A DNA stretch of 64,000 bases, from contig CAVQBK010000003.1 in NCBI GenBank assembly GCA_963710755.1, positions 96,001 through 160,000 on the forward strand, given 5' to 3'. Origin of the DNA: an uncultured bacterium. GTDB lineage: Bacteria; Oederibacteriota; JAAXVQ01; JAUVAV01. Shown here piece by piece: positions 50,171-59,519 of this stretch (the stretch's first letter is position 1; every line of letters starts with the position of its first letter). Below the pieces are notes generated by a model. That model saw nothing but the letters and a program-made list of their open reading frames with translations. It was not told the DNA's origin and did no database searches. Made by a program: the position numbers and the translations under genes.

Positions 50171-50889
50171 GGTGTTATCACCTCCGAGCTTTCTTTGAGA
50201 CTTTTTTGAGCGATCCTGGTTATCATGAACACCGCCGCGGCGGTCGCGGCCAAACCAATCCAAAAAATAACATTTTGTGCCGGACTTTGAACCCGCGCGT
50301 GCCCGGTGGCAATGGCCGTTAAGGAACGGGCGGCCGTGCCCAGGTAAACATACATGACCGAACCGGGCAGCATGCCCAAGGCCGTAGCCCAAAAATAACG
50401 CCAAAAACTAACTTTGGTTATCCCCAGGGCATAATTCATAAGGCTGAAAGGAAAAAGAGGACTTAAGCGGAGGAAAAAAATTAACCGGAATCCTTGGCGG
50501 CCAATGGCTTGATCCACTTTGGTAAAGGTAGGATTGGCACTGATTTTTCTGGAAATCCATCCCCTGGCTAGGGTCCGGCCTGTCAGGAAGGCCGCGGACG
50601 CACCGGTAATCGCGCCCACAAATACGATCACGGTTCCCCACCCCAGGCCGTAGAGAAATCCTGCACTCACCGTAATAATCCACACCGGCGAAAACAACAA
50701 ACAGCCCAGAATGTATAGGGCGATCAACACCACGGCTCCTGTCGGCCCCAGACTCTGTACCCACTGAAGTAGCCCCAGCAGGACCTTCTCCAGCGGCAAT
50801 ATCAAGGCCGCCACTACCAGTACCACCAGGCCTGCGGCCAGGCCCAAAATACGTACCAAGGTTTTGCCCTGATTGTGGAGTTTTGCCAC
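50167..50889 (-). CDS. TVP38/TMEM64 (DedA/VTT) family membrane protein
   Basis: AGFLYG, GA..AFLTGR, LRLSPLFPF..NYALG and GMLPGSVMYVYLG. GTG 50889 follows AGGAGG. Confidence 0.88.
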   Translation of the reverse strand: MAKLHNQGKTLVRILGLAAGLVVLVVAALILPLEKVLLGLLQWVQSLGPTGAVVLIALYILGCLLFSPVWIITVSAGFLYGLGWGTVIVFVGAITGASAAFLTGRTLARGWISRKISANPTFTKVDQAIGRQGFRLIFFLRLSPLFPFSLMNYALGITKVSFWRYFWATALGMLPGSVMYVYLGTAARSLTAIATGHARVQSPAQNVIFWIGLAATAAAVFMITRIAQKSLKESSEVITP

Positions 50890-51100
50890 GGGTCCTGCCT
50901 CCTTGCCTAATCGCCGAGCATGCTCCTGGGCCTGTCCCTGCACTGCTGCGGCATTAAACCTTTGGTTGCGTATGGCTCCAGACCGGACTTGTAAACGCCT
51001 ATACATCGGGCACAACGCACCAACCTTACAGCCAAGGCAAGGTTATTATACGCTGACTAAATAATTTTTCATTAACTTTAGGCAATTATTTCGGAAGGGT

Positions 51101-51126
51101 TCCGGCCAGGATTACTCCTGGCCGGA
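51101..51126 (-). terminator. Stem-loop downstream of the RND gene
   Basis: TCCGGCCAGGA-loop-TCCTGGCCGGA inverted repeat with no long U tract. Confidence 0.55.
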
Positions 51127-51142
51127 GAACATGGCGAGGGTG

Positions 51143-54100
51143 CTATTTCTTTTTTGAAAAAACATATTCCATGGTGGTTTCTTTTTTCATCAGTTTGGCC
51201 AGCCGAACCTTAACATTGTGCACAATCGCCATGAAGCTGGGAATGATAAAGAGCGTAACCACCGTGGCAAACGTCAGCCCCCATGCAAATACCAGGGCCA
51301 TGGGCGCGATCATCGGCTCGCTGCCGCCAAACCAGCCATAGGCCAGGGGAAACAACCCCACGGCTGTGGTGCTGGTGGTAAGTATAACCGGCCGCAGTCT
51401 GGATTTGGCCCCTTCCACAATGGCCGCTTCCATACTCAGGCCTTGGGCCACCAGACCATTGATGAACGAGACCATGATCAGGGAGTCATTTACCACCACA
51501 CCGGTAAGACCCACGAACCCCATAAAGGCCATGAAGGAAATAGGCATATGGTGAAAATAGAGCGTAAGCATGACCCCGATAAACCCAAAGGGAATGGCCA
51601 GCATAATGATAAGCGGTTGAATCAACGAATCAAACAACGTGGCCAGAATAATGAAGATCAGTAAAAAAGCCACGATGAAGGCTTTGCCCAAGTCCCGGAA
51701 GCCTTCCATCATTTCTTTTTGTTCGCCGCCCACTTCAAAGTCAATGGCACTGAATTTTTTACGGAAGGTTTTTAAAATGCCTTCTATCTTAAGGTTGACC
51801 GCATTGGTATTGGTCTTGAGTTGATCAATAGCGCCTATAACCGAAATGCTTTTCATACCGTCCTTGTGCTTGAGCGTGGCAAAGGAAGTCCCCCGTTCCA
51901 CCCGTACGATCTGTTTAAGCGGAATTCGGTCGCCGTAGCGGTTGGGTACGTGCAGCTGCAGCAACTGATCCAAAGATTTAATGGATTTTTCATTCATACG
52001 GATCATGACATCCGTATTCTCGCCCAGCTTTTTGATGGTCTTAAGCTTGATGCCCGCTACGGCGGCACGCAACACCATACTGGCTTGGCTCAGATTAACG
52101 CCGGTAAGCATGGCTTTTTGCTCGTCGATAACCAGCTTGATCTCTTTTTTACCTTCATCAAAATCATTCTTGAGTTCCTTGACCGGTTTGAAGGTGGCCC
52201 GCGGTTGCCCTCTTTTAGGACGTCCTTTTTCCGGTATGGTGATGTTTTTAATAGCTGTCATCAAGGTTTGGGAAACCTTGGTCAAGGTGGCATAACTTTC
52301 CCCCGAGAGCTTGACATCTATGGCCGCGCCGGTGGAAGGGCCACCTTTGACAGCTTCAATATTTATATCCTCCACGCCTTGCGGCTTACCGATCCATTGG
52401 CGCAGCTGATTAATGATCTTATCGGCGTCCTTGGTCTTGCGCTGGTCTTCTATATGCAGCATTACGCTGAGTTGAGCCTTATTGGGAGCAAATTGAGGCG
52501 GACCGCTACGGTCTGCGATCAAGCCGACCGTACTGTTCACGACGTCCAGATCCCGTTTGTCCAGTTGCATGACTTTTTTTTCGATAGCTTTGACCACGGC
52601 CTCCGTATCGTCCACCGAGTAGTCCTTGTCGGTTTTAAGGGTGATGTTTATTTCCTGACGTTGGGCATCGGTAAAGATAAATCCGTTTTTCATTTCCAGC
52701 ACGGTCGCTGCGCCCATCAACCCCATAATCAGCAACGCAAACCACACCCGGTGACGTAACACGACTTGCAAGGCCCGGCCGTAACCATTGCGCAGTGCCG
52801 AGAACCAGTGTTCCGTGCGGTTTTCCGCCAGATGCTCTTTTTTAGGTTTGACAAAATCGGCCAGGTGCGACGGCAGGATAAAAAAGCATTCGATCAGGGA
52901 AGCGGTCAGGGCAATAATGATGACCTTGGGAATGGCCGATAAAAATTCGCCCATAATGCCGCCGATCAGCATCAACGGTAAAAACGCGGCGATGGTGGTG
53001 GAAACCGAAGCAATGACCGGCAGGAACATCTCCTTGGCGCCGTTTACAGCTGCTTCAAAAGGACTCATGCCCCGCTCCATATGGCTGTAAACATTTTCCC
53101 CCACCACAATGGCGTCATCCACCAGCATGCCCAGCACCAAAATATACCCGAGAATGGAAATCATGTTCAAATCAACGTGCAGTAATTTGGACATATAGAA
53201 GGCTGCGGCAAACGCCACGGGCATGCCCAGCGCCGTCATGACCGCTACGGACGGTCGCAACAGGATAATGAGCATAATGACAACCAGCAACCCGCCGAAG
53301 AGGCCGTTGGAATAAAGTACATCGAGACGGTTTTTCAGATAAATGGAAATATCATTGGAAAAGGCCACCTTGACCTTGGGGGGCAGGTTTTTTTTCGACG
53401 CCTTGACCAATTGCCGTATATCGCGAACCATCTTAATGCTGTCATAACCCTTTTGCTTTTGCACCTGCATGAGAATGGCCCGCGACCCCTGAGAGCGCAC
53501 ATAATAATCCTCATCCTTAAAGCCATTGGTGACCTCGGCTACATCCCGGACCCGCACATTATGACCCAGCTCATTGGAGCGGATGATGACTTTGTTGACT
53601 TCATCCACGTTTTCCATGGGCAATAACATGCGAATGGAATGTTCCTTGCCGTTAAAGACCTTATTGCCGGCGGGCATGGAAATGTCCCGGTCCTGAAGTA
53701 CGCTGATAAAATTCGACAGGGTTAACCCGTATTTATCCAGGCGGCTTTTATCGGCATCCACCCAGATGGCGCGGTCATAGTAGCCATTTTTGACCACATC
53801 CCCCACACCCTTGATCTTTTTAATTTTGTCTTCCAGGAATTTGGCGGTATCACGCAGCTGGTTGTAATTCTCGCCGCCAGAGACAGCCACATTAATCAAG
53901 GGGAAAAAATCGGTGGTGATTTCAAAGACAGTGGGATCTTCAGCATCGGCCGGGAGATCGGTCACTTTGTCCACTTCCGCTTTGACGTCGTCCAACACCG
54001 CCTTGGTATCCTTGACACTGGGTTCAAGCTCAATGCCGATCATGGACAGTCCTTCGCTGGTCCAGGAGGTAACCTCTTTGATATCCTTGACGTTGTCAAT

Positions 54101-54310
54101 GGCATTTTCCAAGGGAATGGTAATGAGATTTTCAATCTCCTCCGGTCCGGCTTGAGGGTAAGGCGTGGTGATGACCAGGTAACCGATTTTGATCTGTGGA
54201 AACACTTCTTTGGCGGAAGTGAAAAAAGTGTAGAGGCCGATTACGACCACAAACAACACCAACAGATTAACGAGAATGCTTTTTTTTGCAAAAAATCTTA
54301 TCAGGTCCAT
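51143..54310 (-). CDS. RND efflux permease (AcrB/AcrD/AcrF family)
   Basis: 1055 aa, GMLVDDAIVVGEN, GVVVNDS, RLRPVILT, and two large periplasmic loops. Confidence 0.95.
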   Translation of the reverse strand: MDLIRFFAKKSILVNLLVLFVVVIGLYTFFTSAKEVFPQIKIGYLVITTPYPQAGPEEIENLITIPLENAIDNVKDIKEVTSWTSEGLSMIGIELEPSVKDTKAVLDDVKAEVDKVTDLPADAEDPTVFEITTDFFPLINVAVSGGENYNQLRDTAKFLEDKIKKIKGVGDVVKNGYYDRAIWVDADKSRLDKYGLTLSNFISVLQDRDISMPAGNKVFNGKEHSIRMLLPMENVDEVNKVIIRSNELGHNVRVRDVAEVTNGFKDEDYYVRSQGSRAILMQVQKQKGYDSIKMVRDIRQLVKASKKNLPPKVKVAFSNDISIYLKNRLDVLYSNGLFGGLLVVIMLIILLRPSVAVMTALGMPVAFAAAFYMSKLLHVDLNMISILGYILVLGMLVDDAIVVGENVYSHMERGMSPFEAAVNGAKEMFLPVIASVSTTIAAFLPLMLIGGIMGEFLSAIPKVIIIALTASLIECFFILPSHLADFVKPKKEHLAENRTEHWFSALRNGYGRALQVVLRHRVWFALLIMGLMGAATVLEMKNGFIFTDAQRQEINITLKTDKDYSVDDTEAVVKAIEKKVMQLDKRDLDVVNSTVGLIADRSGPPQFAPNKAQLSVMLHIEDQRKTKDADKIINQLRQWIGKPQGVEDINIEAVKGGPSTGAAIDVKLSGESYATLTKVSQTLMTAIKNITIPEKGRPKRGQPRATFKPVKELKNDFDEGKKEIKLVIDEQKAMLTGVNLSQASMVLRAAVAGIKLKTIKKLGENTDVMIRMNEKSIKSLDQLLQLHVPNRYGDRIPLKQIVRVERGTSFATLKHKDGMKSISVIGAIDQLKTNTNAVNLKIEGILKTFRKKFSAIDFEVGGEQKEMMEGFRDLGKAFIVAFLLIFIILATLFDSLIQPLIIMLAIPFGFIGVMLTLYFHHMPISFMAFMGFVGLTGVVVNDSLIMVSFINGLVAQGLSMEAAIVEGAKSRLRPVILTTSTTAVGLFPLAYGWFGGSEPMIAPMALVFAWGLTFATVVTLFIIPSFMAIVHNVKVRLAKLMKKETTMEYVFSKKK

Positions 54311-54314
54311 GATC

Positions 54315-55814
54315 TTACTCCTTGGTCAGGTCAGTGGCATAATGATCATAAGTGCCATTTAATTTATTCCAGTCATTGACGGCATTCATCCAGGCCACCT
54401 GGGCCGAAAGTTCTTCCCTGCGGGCGCCCTGATATTCATTCTGAGCGCCCAGTAATTCGCGGGTGGTGATGCGCCCCTGACCAAAATACTGTTTCTGAAT
54501 TTCTAAGGTTTTACCCAGCAAGTCACGGGCTTGGGAGGCCAGGTTAAACTTTTCCCGGGCTGCCATCATTTTTTTGTAGGCATAGCGAATGGTTAAGCGC
54601 AGGCTGTCTTTCAGTTGCGCCAAGGAGGCCTGGGCTTGGAGCAACTCATTGCTCTTGATAGCGCGGTCGCCCTGGGAGGTGCGGTTGGGCAGCGCCATGG
54701 AAAAATTGATTCCCACAGCATATTCCCCGTAGCGGTTGCTGAACATCTCGTCGTAACTGCTGCCCCAGCCTTCATCCACGCCTTCCAGACCGTATTTACC
54801 AAAAATACTGAGCGACGGCAGCGTGGCGTTGTCGGCGATTTTTTTGTTAAGCTCTTTCATGGTCACTTGCAGGCTGCGGACACGCAGGTCCGGTTGCTGA
54901 TGCACCAGCGCTTTTTCCTGGTCGGGACTCAAGGCAGGCGGCAGAACATACGCTTCAAATAAACCGGTGGGGGTAATTTCCAGAGAAGACCAGTGTTGTT
55001 GCGGATAGCCGGACTGCAGTAAAAAAGCTTCCTTAGCTTGGCTGACACCGTTAAGCAGGTCCCCCATGCCGGCTTGGGCCTTTAAAAGCGACGCGTGGGT
55101 TTGAAAAATATCCTTGTCTTCACGCAGGCCTATTTTCTTCAGGCGCACAGCCTGACGGTAGTAGTCCTCCATATCCTTCACGGTGGCCGCTTGAATAGTC
55201 AGCATGCCTTGCGCCTGATAGATGGACAGATAGGCGCTGGTCAGCGCCGCGATCTGGTTCACAACCTGTAGCTTCAGGCCTTCCCGGGCCATGGTGATGG
55301 ACACCGCGGCCAGCTCCAGGGCAATCTGATCGGGCCGCCCCCAAAAATCCTTGAGCAGGGGCTGGGTATAGGACAAGGCCAGGGTAGGATTGTAGGTTGG
55401 ATTCAAGGTGCCTGTCAGAAAAGTGGGATCCAGTCCGGGAATACCCAAGCCGGCCAAGTCAGGATAAAAAAGCTCGGTTTTCGAGGAATTCAGTTTCAGA
55501 CTGGCGGTACCGCCGAGCATGGTTTTTTCTGATAGTCCCAGGCTGTAAGCCATCACTTCTGTCTTATCCGGGGCTAATGGTGTGACTGCCTCGGTGCGGC
55601 TGCCGTTCAGATTGAGGCTGCCGTCCAGTTTAAAATCAAACATACCATAGGCTTGTTCCACCCGGGCCCGGGCAATATCCAGATCTTTACGGGCATTGAC
55701 GACCGTTGTGTTCTGCTGCAGGGCGGTTTCCCGGGCTTGCTCCAAGGTGAGGGGCGCTGCCCATAACATACCGGGCACTGTAATCAGCAGGGCTAGGCTT
55801 AACATTGGTTTCAT
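54315..55814 (-). CDS. TolC family outer-membrane efflux protein
   Basis: Signal peptide, LTLEQA..AL..N, YTQPLL, and duplicated helical/beta OEP repeats. Confidence 0.9.
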   Translation of the reverse strand: MKPMLSLALLITVPGMLWAAPLTLEQARETALQQNTTVVNARKDLDIARARVEQAYGMFDFKLDGSLNLNGSRTEAVTPLAPDKTEVMAYSLGLSEKTMLGGTASLKLNSSKTELFYPDLAGLGIPGLDPTFLTGTLNPTYNPTLALSYTQPLLKDFWGRPDQIALELAAVSITMAREGLKLQVVNQIAALTSAYLSIYQAQGMLTIQAATVKDMEDYYRQAVRLKKIGLREDKDIFQTHASLLKAQAGMGDLLNGVSQAKEAFLLQSGYPQQHWSSLEITPTGLFEAYVLPPALSPDQEKALVHQQPDLRVRSLQVTMKELNKKIADNATLPSLSIFGKYGLEGVDEGWGSSYDEMFSNRYGEYAVGINFSMALPNRTSQGDRAIKSNELLQAQASLAQLKDSLRLTIRYAYKKMMAAREKFNLASQARDLLGKTLEIQKQYFGQGRITTRELLGAQNEYQGARREELSAQVAWMNAVNDWNKLNGTYDHYATDLTKE

Positions 55815-55815
55815 T

Positions 55816-56286
55816 TCAGCGTATCCTTTCCATATTGGATTTTTCCAGCAAACGGGTGATGGTTTGAAAGGCTTTTAACATTTGTTCCTGCTCTTTATCA
55901 TTCAAGCCCTTGAGCAAACTGGCGGTCACGGTCTGAGCCAGTTTATATTTGGTTTCCAATAATCGTTCACCCTTGGCGGTCAGGGTTACCTGAACCACCC
56001 GCCGGTCTTGCCGGTCCTGAAGACGTTTCACCAATCCGCACTTGACCAGCCGCGTAATCATCTCGCTCATGGTGGGCATGGCGACCTGGTTGCAGGCCGC
56101 CAGGGTCCTCATGTTTGCCGGTCCTTTGTCGCGGATCATACCCAACACGGTGACTTGCGCCAGGGTGAGATGGTCCTTAAGCTGGAGGGCGGACCCCACC
56201 AGGCTGGACTGTACAGACTTGTGCAATAAATGCATCATGTCCAACAAATGAGCCGCCCGCCGGCCGGCGGGCTGGAGCATGGTCAC
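55816..56286 (-). CDS. MarR family transcriptional regulator
   Basis: LTLAQ..VL, LVKCGLV.R..DRQDRRVVQVTLTAKG. Confidence 0.92.
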   Translation of the reverse strand: MTMLQPAGRRAAHLLDMMHLLHKSVQSSLVGSALQLKDHLTLAQVTVLGMIRDKGPANMRTLAACNQVAMPTMSEMITRLVKCGLVKRLQDRQDRRVVQVTLTAKGERLLETKYKLAQTVTASLLKGLNDKEQEQMLKAFQTITRLLEKSNMERIR

Positions 56287-56304
56287 TATTTCGTCCCCCT
56301 AACA

Positions 56305-56360
56305 ATTAGTGTACCTAAATAAATGGGCCTAAAAATAACACATGCGGGCAAGCCTGTCAA
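56305..56360 (-). promoter_or_regulatory. marR promoter with probable MarR operator
   Basis: TTGACA-17 nt-TATTTT on the minus strand, and a TTAG-N5-CTAA inverted repeat (56306-56318) downstream of it. Confidence 0.5.
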
Positions 56361-56403
56361 GAGTGGGTAATCGGGAAGAATAATGATTTGGTTAGTTTAC
56401 CAT

Positions 56404-57108
56404 TCAGGTCAAAGCAGGCGTCAGAGGTTGGTGCCGAGGGCCGGTCTCGAACCGGCACGAGCCTTTCGGTTCAGCGGATTTTAAGTCCGCTGCGTCTGCC
56501 AATTCCGCCACCCCGGCATAAGTCTGCTTGGTTAAGTCTGGCTGACGCGCTGCGTTTTGCTTACACCCTTGGCATTGCCAAGGGCCCTGATGGGTGTGTA
56601 AAAGCTCATGGATGAGCATTCCGATGGGATTGTTCCCAGTAACCAGATAATGGGCATAATGCATATGCAGGCATTTGACCCCTTCAAAATCGGCCAGACC
56701 ACCGATACCGCATTTTTCCATTTGCCCGGCCAGCGAACTGCCGCCTTTTCTCAGCTCCAGCATCTTTTGCGGGCCCAGCAAGGAACGGCGTATATAAATG
56801 TATTCCGAATGGGCGTCTTTTAAGCTCGCCTTAAGCTTTTCGTTGCTTTTAAACACAGCCTGCAGCCGGCTGATCAAGCCTTTATCCTCGATCCGGCTGA
56901 TACGTCTGACCGTTTCCGGACAGGTAAGCCAGAACACGGTGGGGAAAAAAGGCGCATCTTCTGCCGATTGCGGCAGGGGATGGTTTACTACTACCTGCGG
57001 TGAATGATTCCAGCAGCGGCTGGCCACGGCATGCAGATTGCGTGGCGGCCGGGCAATTTGGTGTTCTACAATGTGTTTGTCAGCAGGATTGATCGGTACC
57101 CAGTCCAT
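56404..57108 (-). CDS. DUF501 family protein
   Basis: QIARPPR, FPTVFWLTCP, ISRIE, GIGG...VKCLHMHYAH and NPIG. The reading frame continues through the tRNA. Confidence 0.85.
   Translation of the reverse strand: MDWVPINPADKHIVEHQIARPPRNLHAVASRCWNHSPQVVVNHPLPQSAEDAPFFPTVFWLTCPETVRRISRIEDKGLISRLQAVFKSNEKLKASLKDAHSEYIYIRRSLLGPQKMLELRKGGSSLAGQMEKCGIGGLADFEGVKCLHMHYAHYLVTGNNPIGMLIHELLHTHQGPWQCQGCKQNAARQPDLTKQTYAGVAELADAADLKSAEPKGSCRFETGPRHQPLTPALT
56429..56517 (-). tRNA. tRNA-Leu (anticodon TAA)
   Basis: GCCGGGGTGGCGGAATTGGCAGACGCAGCGGACTTAAAATCCGCTGAACCGAAAGGCTCGTGCCGGTTCGAGACCGGCCCTCGGCACCA: cloverleaf with long variable arm and encoded CCA. Confidence 0.95.
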
Positions 57109-57256
57109 AATATCCCGTGCTTACCTGCGCACAGGTCCCCCTTGATCTTACTGTTGGCGGCGGAACCGACGTGCTGGCGTAGTCTTGGTGGTTGATCGGG
57201 TATACCATGCTTTTTCGGGACCGTCAACCCCATAATCCGTACGCCCGAGGCGTCGG

Positions 57257-57610
57257 TTAAGGTTTGTGTTCTCCCTCCCGGGCGGGCACGAAGCGGTAAA
57301 CCACCTCATCCGGTCGGACCATGCCCAGTTCCTCCCGGGCAATCCTCTCCACGGCTTTGGGATCAGATTTAAGCTGACTTATCTGAGTTTGTAATTTTTT
57401 GTTCTCTTGTTTTAGTTCGGCCAGACGGGCGGTCAGATGATCCTGTTCCCGGTACAAAGACATTACTTTGAAAATGCTTTTATCCCCAGCCAGGAGGACC
57501 AGTAATAACAGCAAAATGCTGCTCCCCATAATGATCCACCACCAGACCCTGCTGCTGCCGGGAACTTTGACTACATGATGATGCTGAACTGATGATGACC
57601 TGCTGCTCAC
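57257..57610 (-). CDS. ftsB: Septum formation initiator FtsB/DivIC
   Basis: Single TM helix, coiled coil and ERIAREELGMVRPDE. Confidence 0.85.
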   Translation of the reverse strand: MSSRSSSVQHHHVVKVPGSSRVWWWIIMGSSILLLLLVLLAGDKSIFKVMSLYREQDHLTARLAELKQENKKLQTQISQLKSDPKAVERIAREELGMVRPDEVVYRFVPAREGEHKP

Positions 57611-57640
57611 GGTGATGGTTTCCCCCCGGGGTTGAAAAAA

Positions 57641-57674
57641 AAACCACTTTCAACCATAAGGTTGAAAGTGGTTT
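57641..57674 (-). terminator. Intrinsic terminator after the roadblock gene
   Basis: AAACCACTTTCAACC-ataa-GGTTGAAAGTGGTTT with a long U tract on the minus strand. Confidence 0.8.
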
Positions 57675-57690
57675 AGTGATCCGCCGTTGA

Positions 57691-58050
57691 TTACGTCAAC
57701 CCTTTTTCCAGTTTGGGAATGGCTTTTTTAACTTCCAACCGTCCCCGTCCCAAATTTCCGTCCAAGTCCAAGGCAATGGCCACGAAGTAATCCGCGCTCA
57801 CGGTCATCATGATCATCATCGCTTTTTCCGTACTGATTAAAATTTCGCTGGTTTTGCCCAAACCAAAATTTTCCGAGGCTTTTTTGGCATTTTTAATGAT
57901 CGTGGCATATTCAGCGCCCACATCACTTATATTGAAGGCCCCTTTCATGGAGACCTGGTCAATAACAATGCCATCCGTACCCACCAGGCCGGCGCCTATA
58001 GCACCATCCACATTGTTCAGGATTTCATTAAGAACACTTTTAAAATCCAT
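57691..58050 (-). CDS. Roadblock/LC7 (MglB/MglC-like) protein
   Basis: NVDGAIGAGLVGTDGIVI...GNLGRGR, 119 aa. Confidence 0.85.
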   Translation of the reverse strand: MDFKSVLNEILNNVDGAIGAGLVGTDGIVIDQVSMKGAFNISDVGAEYATIIKNAKKASENFGLGKTSEILISTEKAMMIMMTVSADYFVAIALDLDGNLGRGRLEVKKAIPKLEKGLT

Positions 58051-58162
58051 CGATGCTCCCGCTTCCAAACAGTTTCCAACAGCAATGGCTATTAAACCAT
58101 TGGTCGCCAACTTTTAAAAGATAAATTTCAAAAAACCTGGCTTTCCCCGGTCGATTATGGTT

Positions 58163-59503
58163 TTACTGACGCAGGGCTTTGACCACTTCATTCATGGCCA
58201 GACGCATTTTCCCCAGATTAATATTTTCATCAGCCAATACCAATAAAATTTTATTGCCCACTTTGCTGAAAATTATCTGCCCTTTTTCGCCGGTCACCAA
58301 AATTTGGTTGACTTGTTTGCCATAATCCATGGCTTGCACCGATTTTTCGGTCTTGCCAAAAATCAAGGTCACTGTTTCAGCAATTTCTTTTTCATCCTTA
58401 GGCAAATGATTAAAAATACTGGAAAGTACTTTGCCCTGCAAATCAAGCAGCATGCTGCCCAGGATGCCTTCAGTTTGCATCAGCCGTTCCAAGGCCGGAA
58501 TCTTCCCGGGTGCTGGGGCAGGCGCCGGACCCGAAACTGGTGCTGCCGCCGGTGCAGAGGATGGCGTTGGCTTAGGTGCCGGTACTGGTACTGGTTTCGC
58601 CTTGGGTTCCACGGTCCTCGGTGGTGCCGAGACAGGGGGCGCAACCGGAGGCACAGGTTTGGGATTCACAGGTGGTGCCTGCGGTTTGGGCGTCGCCACC
58701 GGCGGCGGCGGAGATGGTGGCGGTGGAACAGATTTTGGCGGACTGACTGTTTTTTCCGTTGTATCTTTCATGACCGAGAGGATGTCGTCAGAGGTAATTT
58801 TGTCATTGTCCCGGTCACGATATTCTTTTAAGCTGGCGTTGGCGTCAGGAGCCGGCTTGGCCGATTGGCCCACACCGGTCAGAGATTGCGCTTTTTGCAG
58901 TTCCAAATCTTTCAGGCGCTGCCGGACCACCAAATTTTCAGGATCAGCTTCCAGGATCAATTGATAAATTTTTATGGCATTATCAATATCTCCTTGCTTG
59001 CTCAGCTCTTCAGCTTTATTTAAATTTTGTTTCTTATCCGAGTCTTTGGGCCCGCTGGCCGTTGGCTTAGGCCCGTTATGCTGTCTGGCCAGTTCCAGGG
59101 CTCTATTCAGCATCTCTTGAGCAGTGGCATCTTCCGGATTAAGGGTTAATACTTTTTGATATTCCTTTATCGCATCAGCAAATTGATTTTGCTTCATGCA
59201 AATCTGGGCCAATAAAGAATGAGCCATTATATTGTTTACATCGGCTGCTGCCACTTTCCGAAATTCCTCGGCAGCTTCATCTAGCAATCCTTTTTCCATA
59301 AAAGAACGGCCCAATACCATACGGGCACTCATATAGGTTGGATGGTGTTTCAGTCCCTTTTGGCAGGTCTCGATGGCTTCATCAAGCATGCCGCTTTTCC
59401 TATAGGCCTCAGCCAAAGGAACAAATACCAGGGATTCTGGATTGGTATCTAATTTTCTAGTATATTCGTCAATCTCAGGCATTCCGAAATTGTCTCTTGG
59501 CAT
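58163..59503 (-). CDS. TPR protein with Pro-rich linker and C-terminal roadblock/LC7 domain
   Basis: FVPLAEAYRKSG...ARMVLGR TPRs, a long P/A-rich linker, and EGILGSMLLDLQG...INLGKMR. Confidence 0.85.
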   Translation of the reverse strand: MPRDNFGMPEIDEYTRKLDTNPESLVFVPLAEAYRKSGMLDEAIETCQKGLKHHPTYMSARMVLGRSFMEKGLLDEAAEEFRKVAAADVNNIMAHSLLAQICMKQNQFADAIKEYQKVLTLNPEDATAQEMLNRALELARQHNGPKPTASGPKDSDKKQNLNKAEELSKQGDIDNAIKIYQLILEADPENLVVRQRLKDLELQKAQSLTGVGQSAKPAPDANASLKEYRDRDNDKITSDDILSVMKDTTEKTVSPPKSVPPPPSPPPPVATPKPQAPPVNPKPVPPVAPPVSAPPRTVEPKAKPVPVPAPKPTPSSAPAAAPVSGPAPAPAPGKIPALERLMQTEGILGSMLLDLQGKVLSSIFNHLPKDEKEIAETVTLIFGKTEKSVQAMDYGKQVNQILVTGEKGQIIFSKVGNKILLVLADENINLGKMRLAMNEVVKALRQ

Positions 59504-59519
59504 CAATTATCCTCCGCCC

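Noticed and set aside
56300-56520. tRNA-Leu as an integration site for an island
   Set aside because: I saw no integrase and no duplicated tRNA 3' end in the window.
58431-58964. Gly-rich plus-strand ORFs
   Set aside because: They are the antisense image of the Pro/Ala-rich linker of the TPR-roadblock gene.
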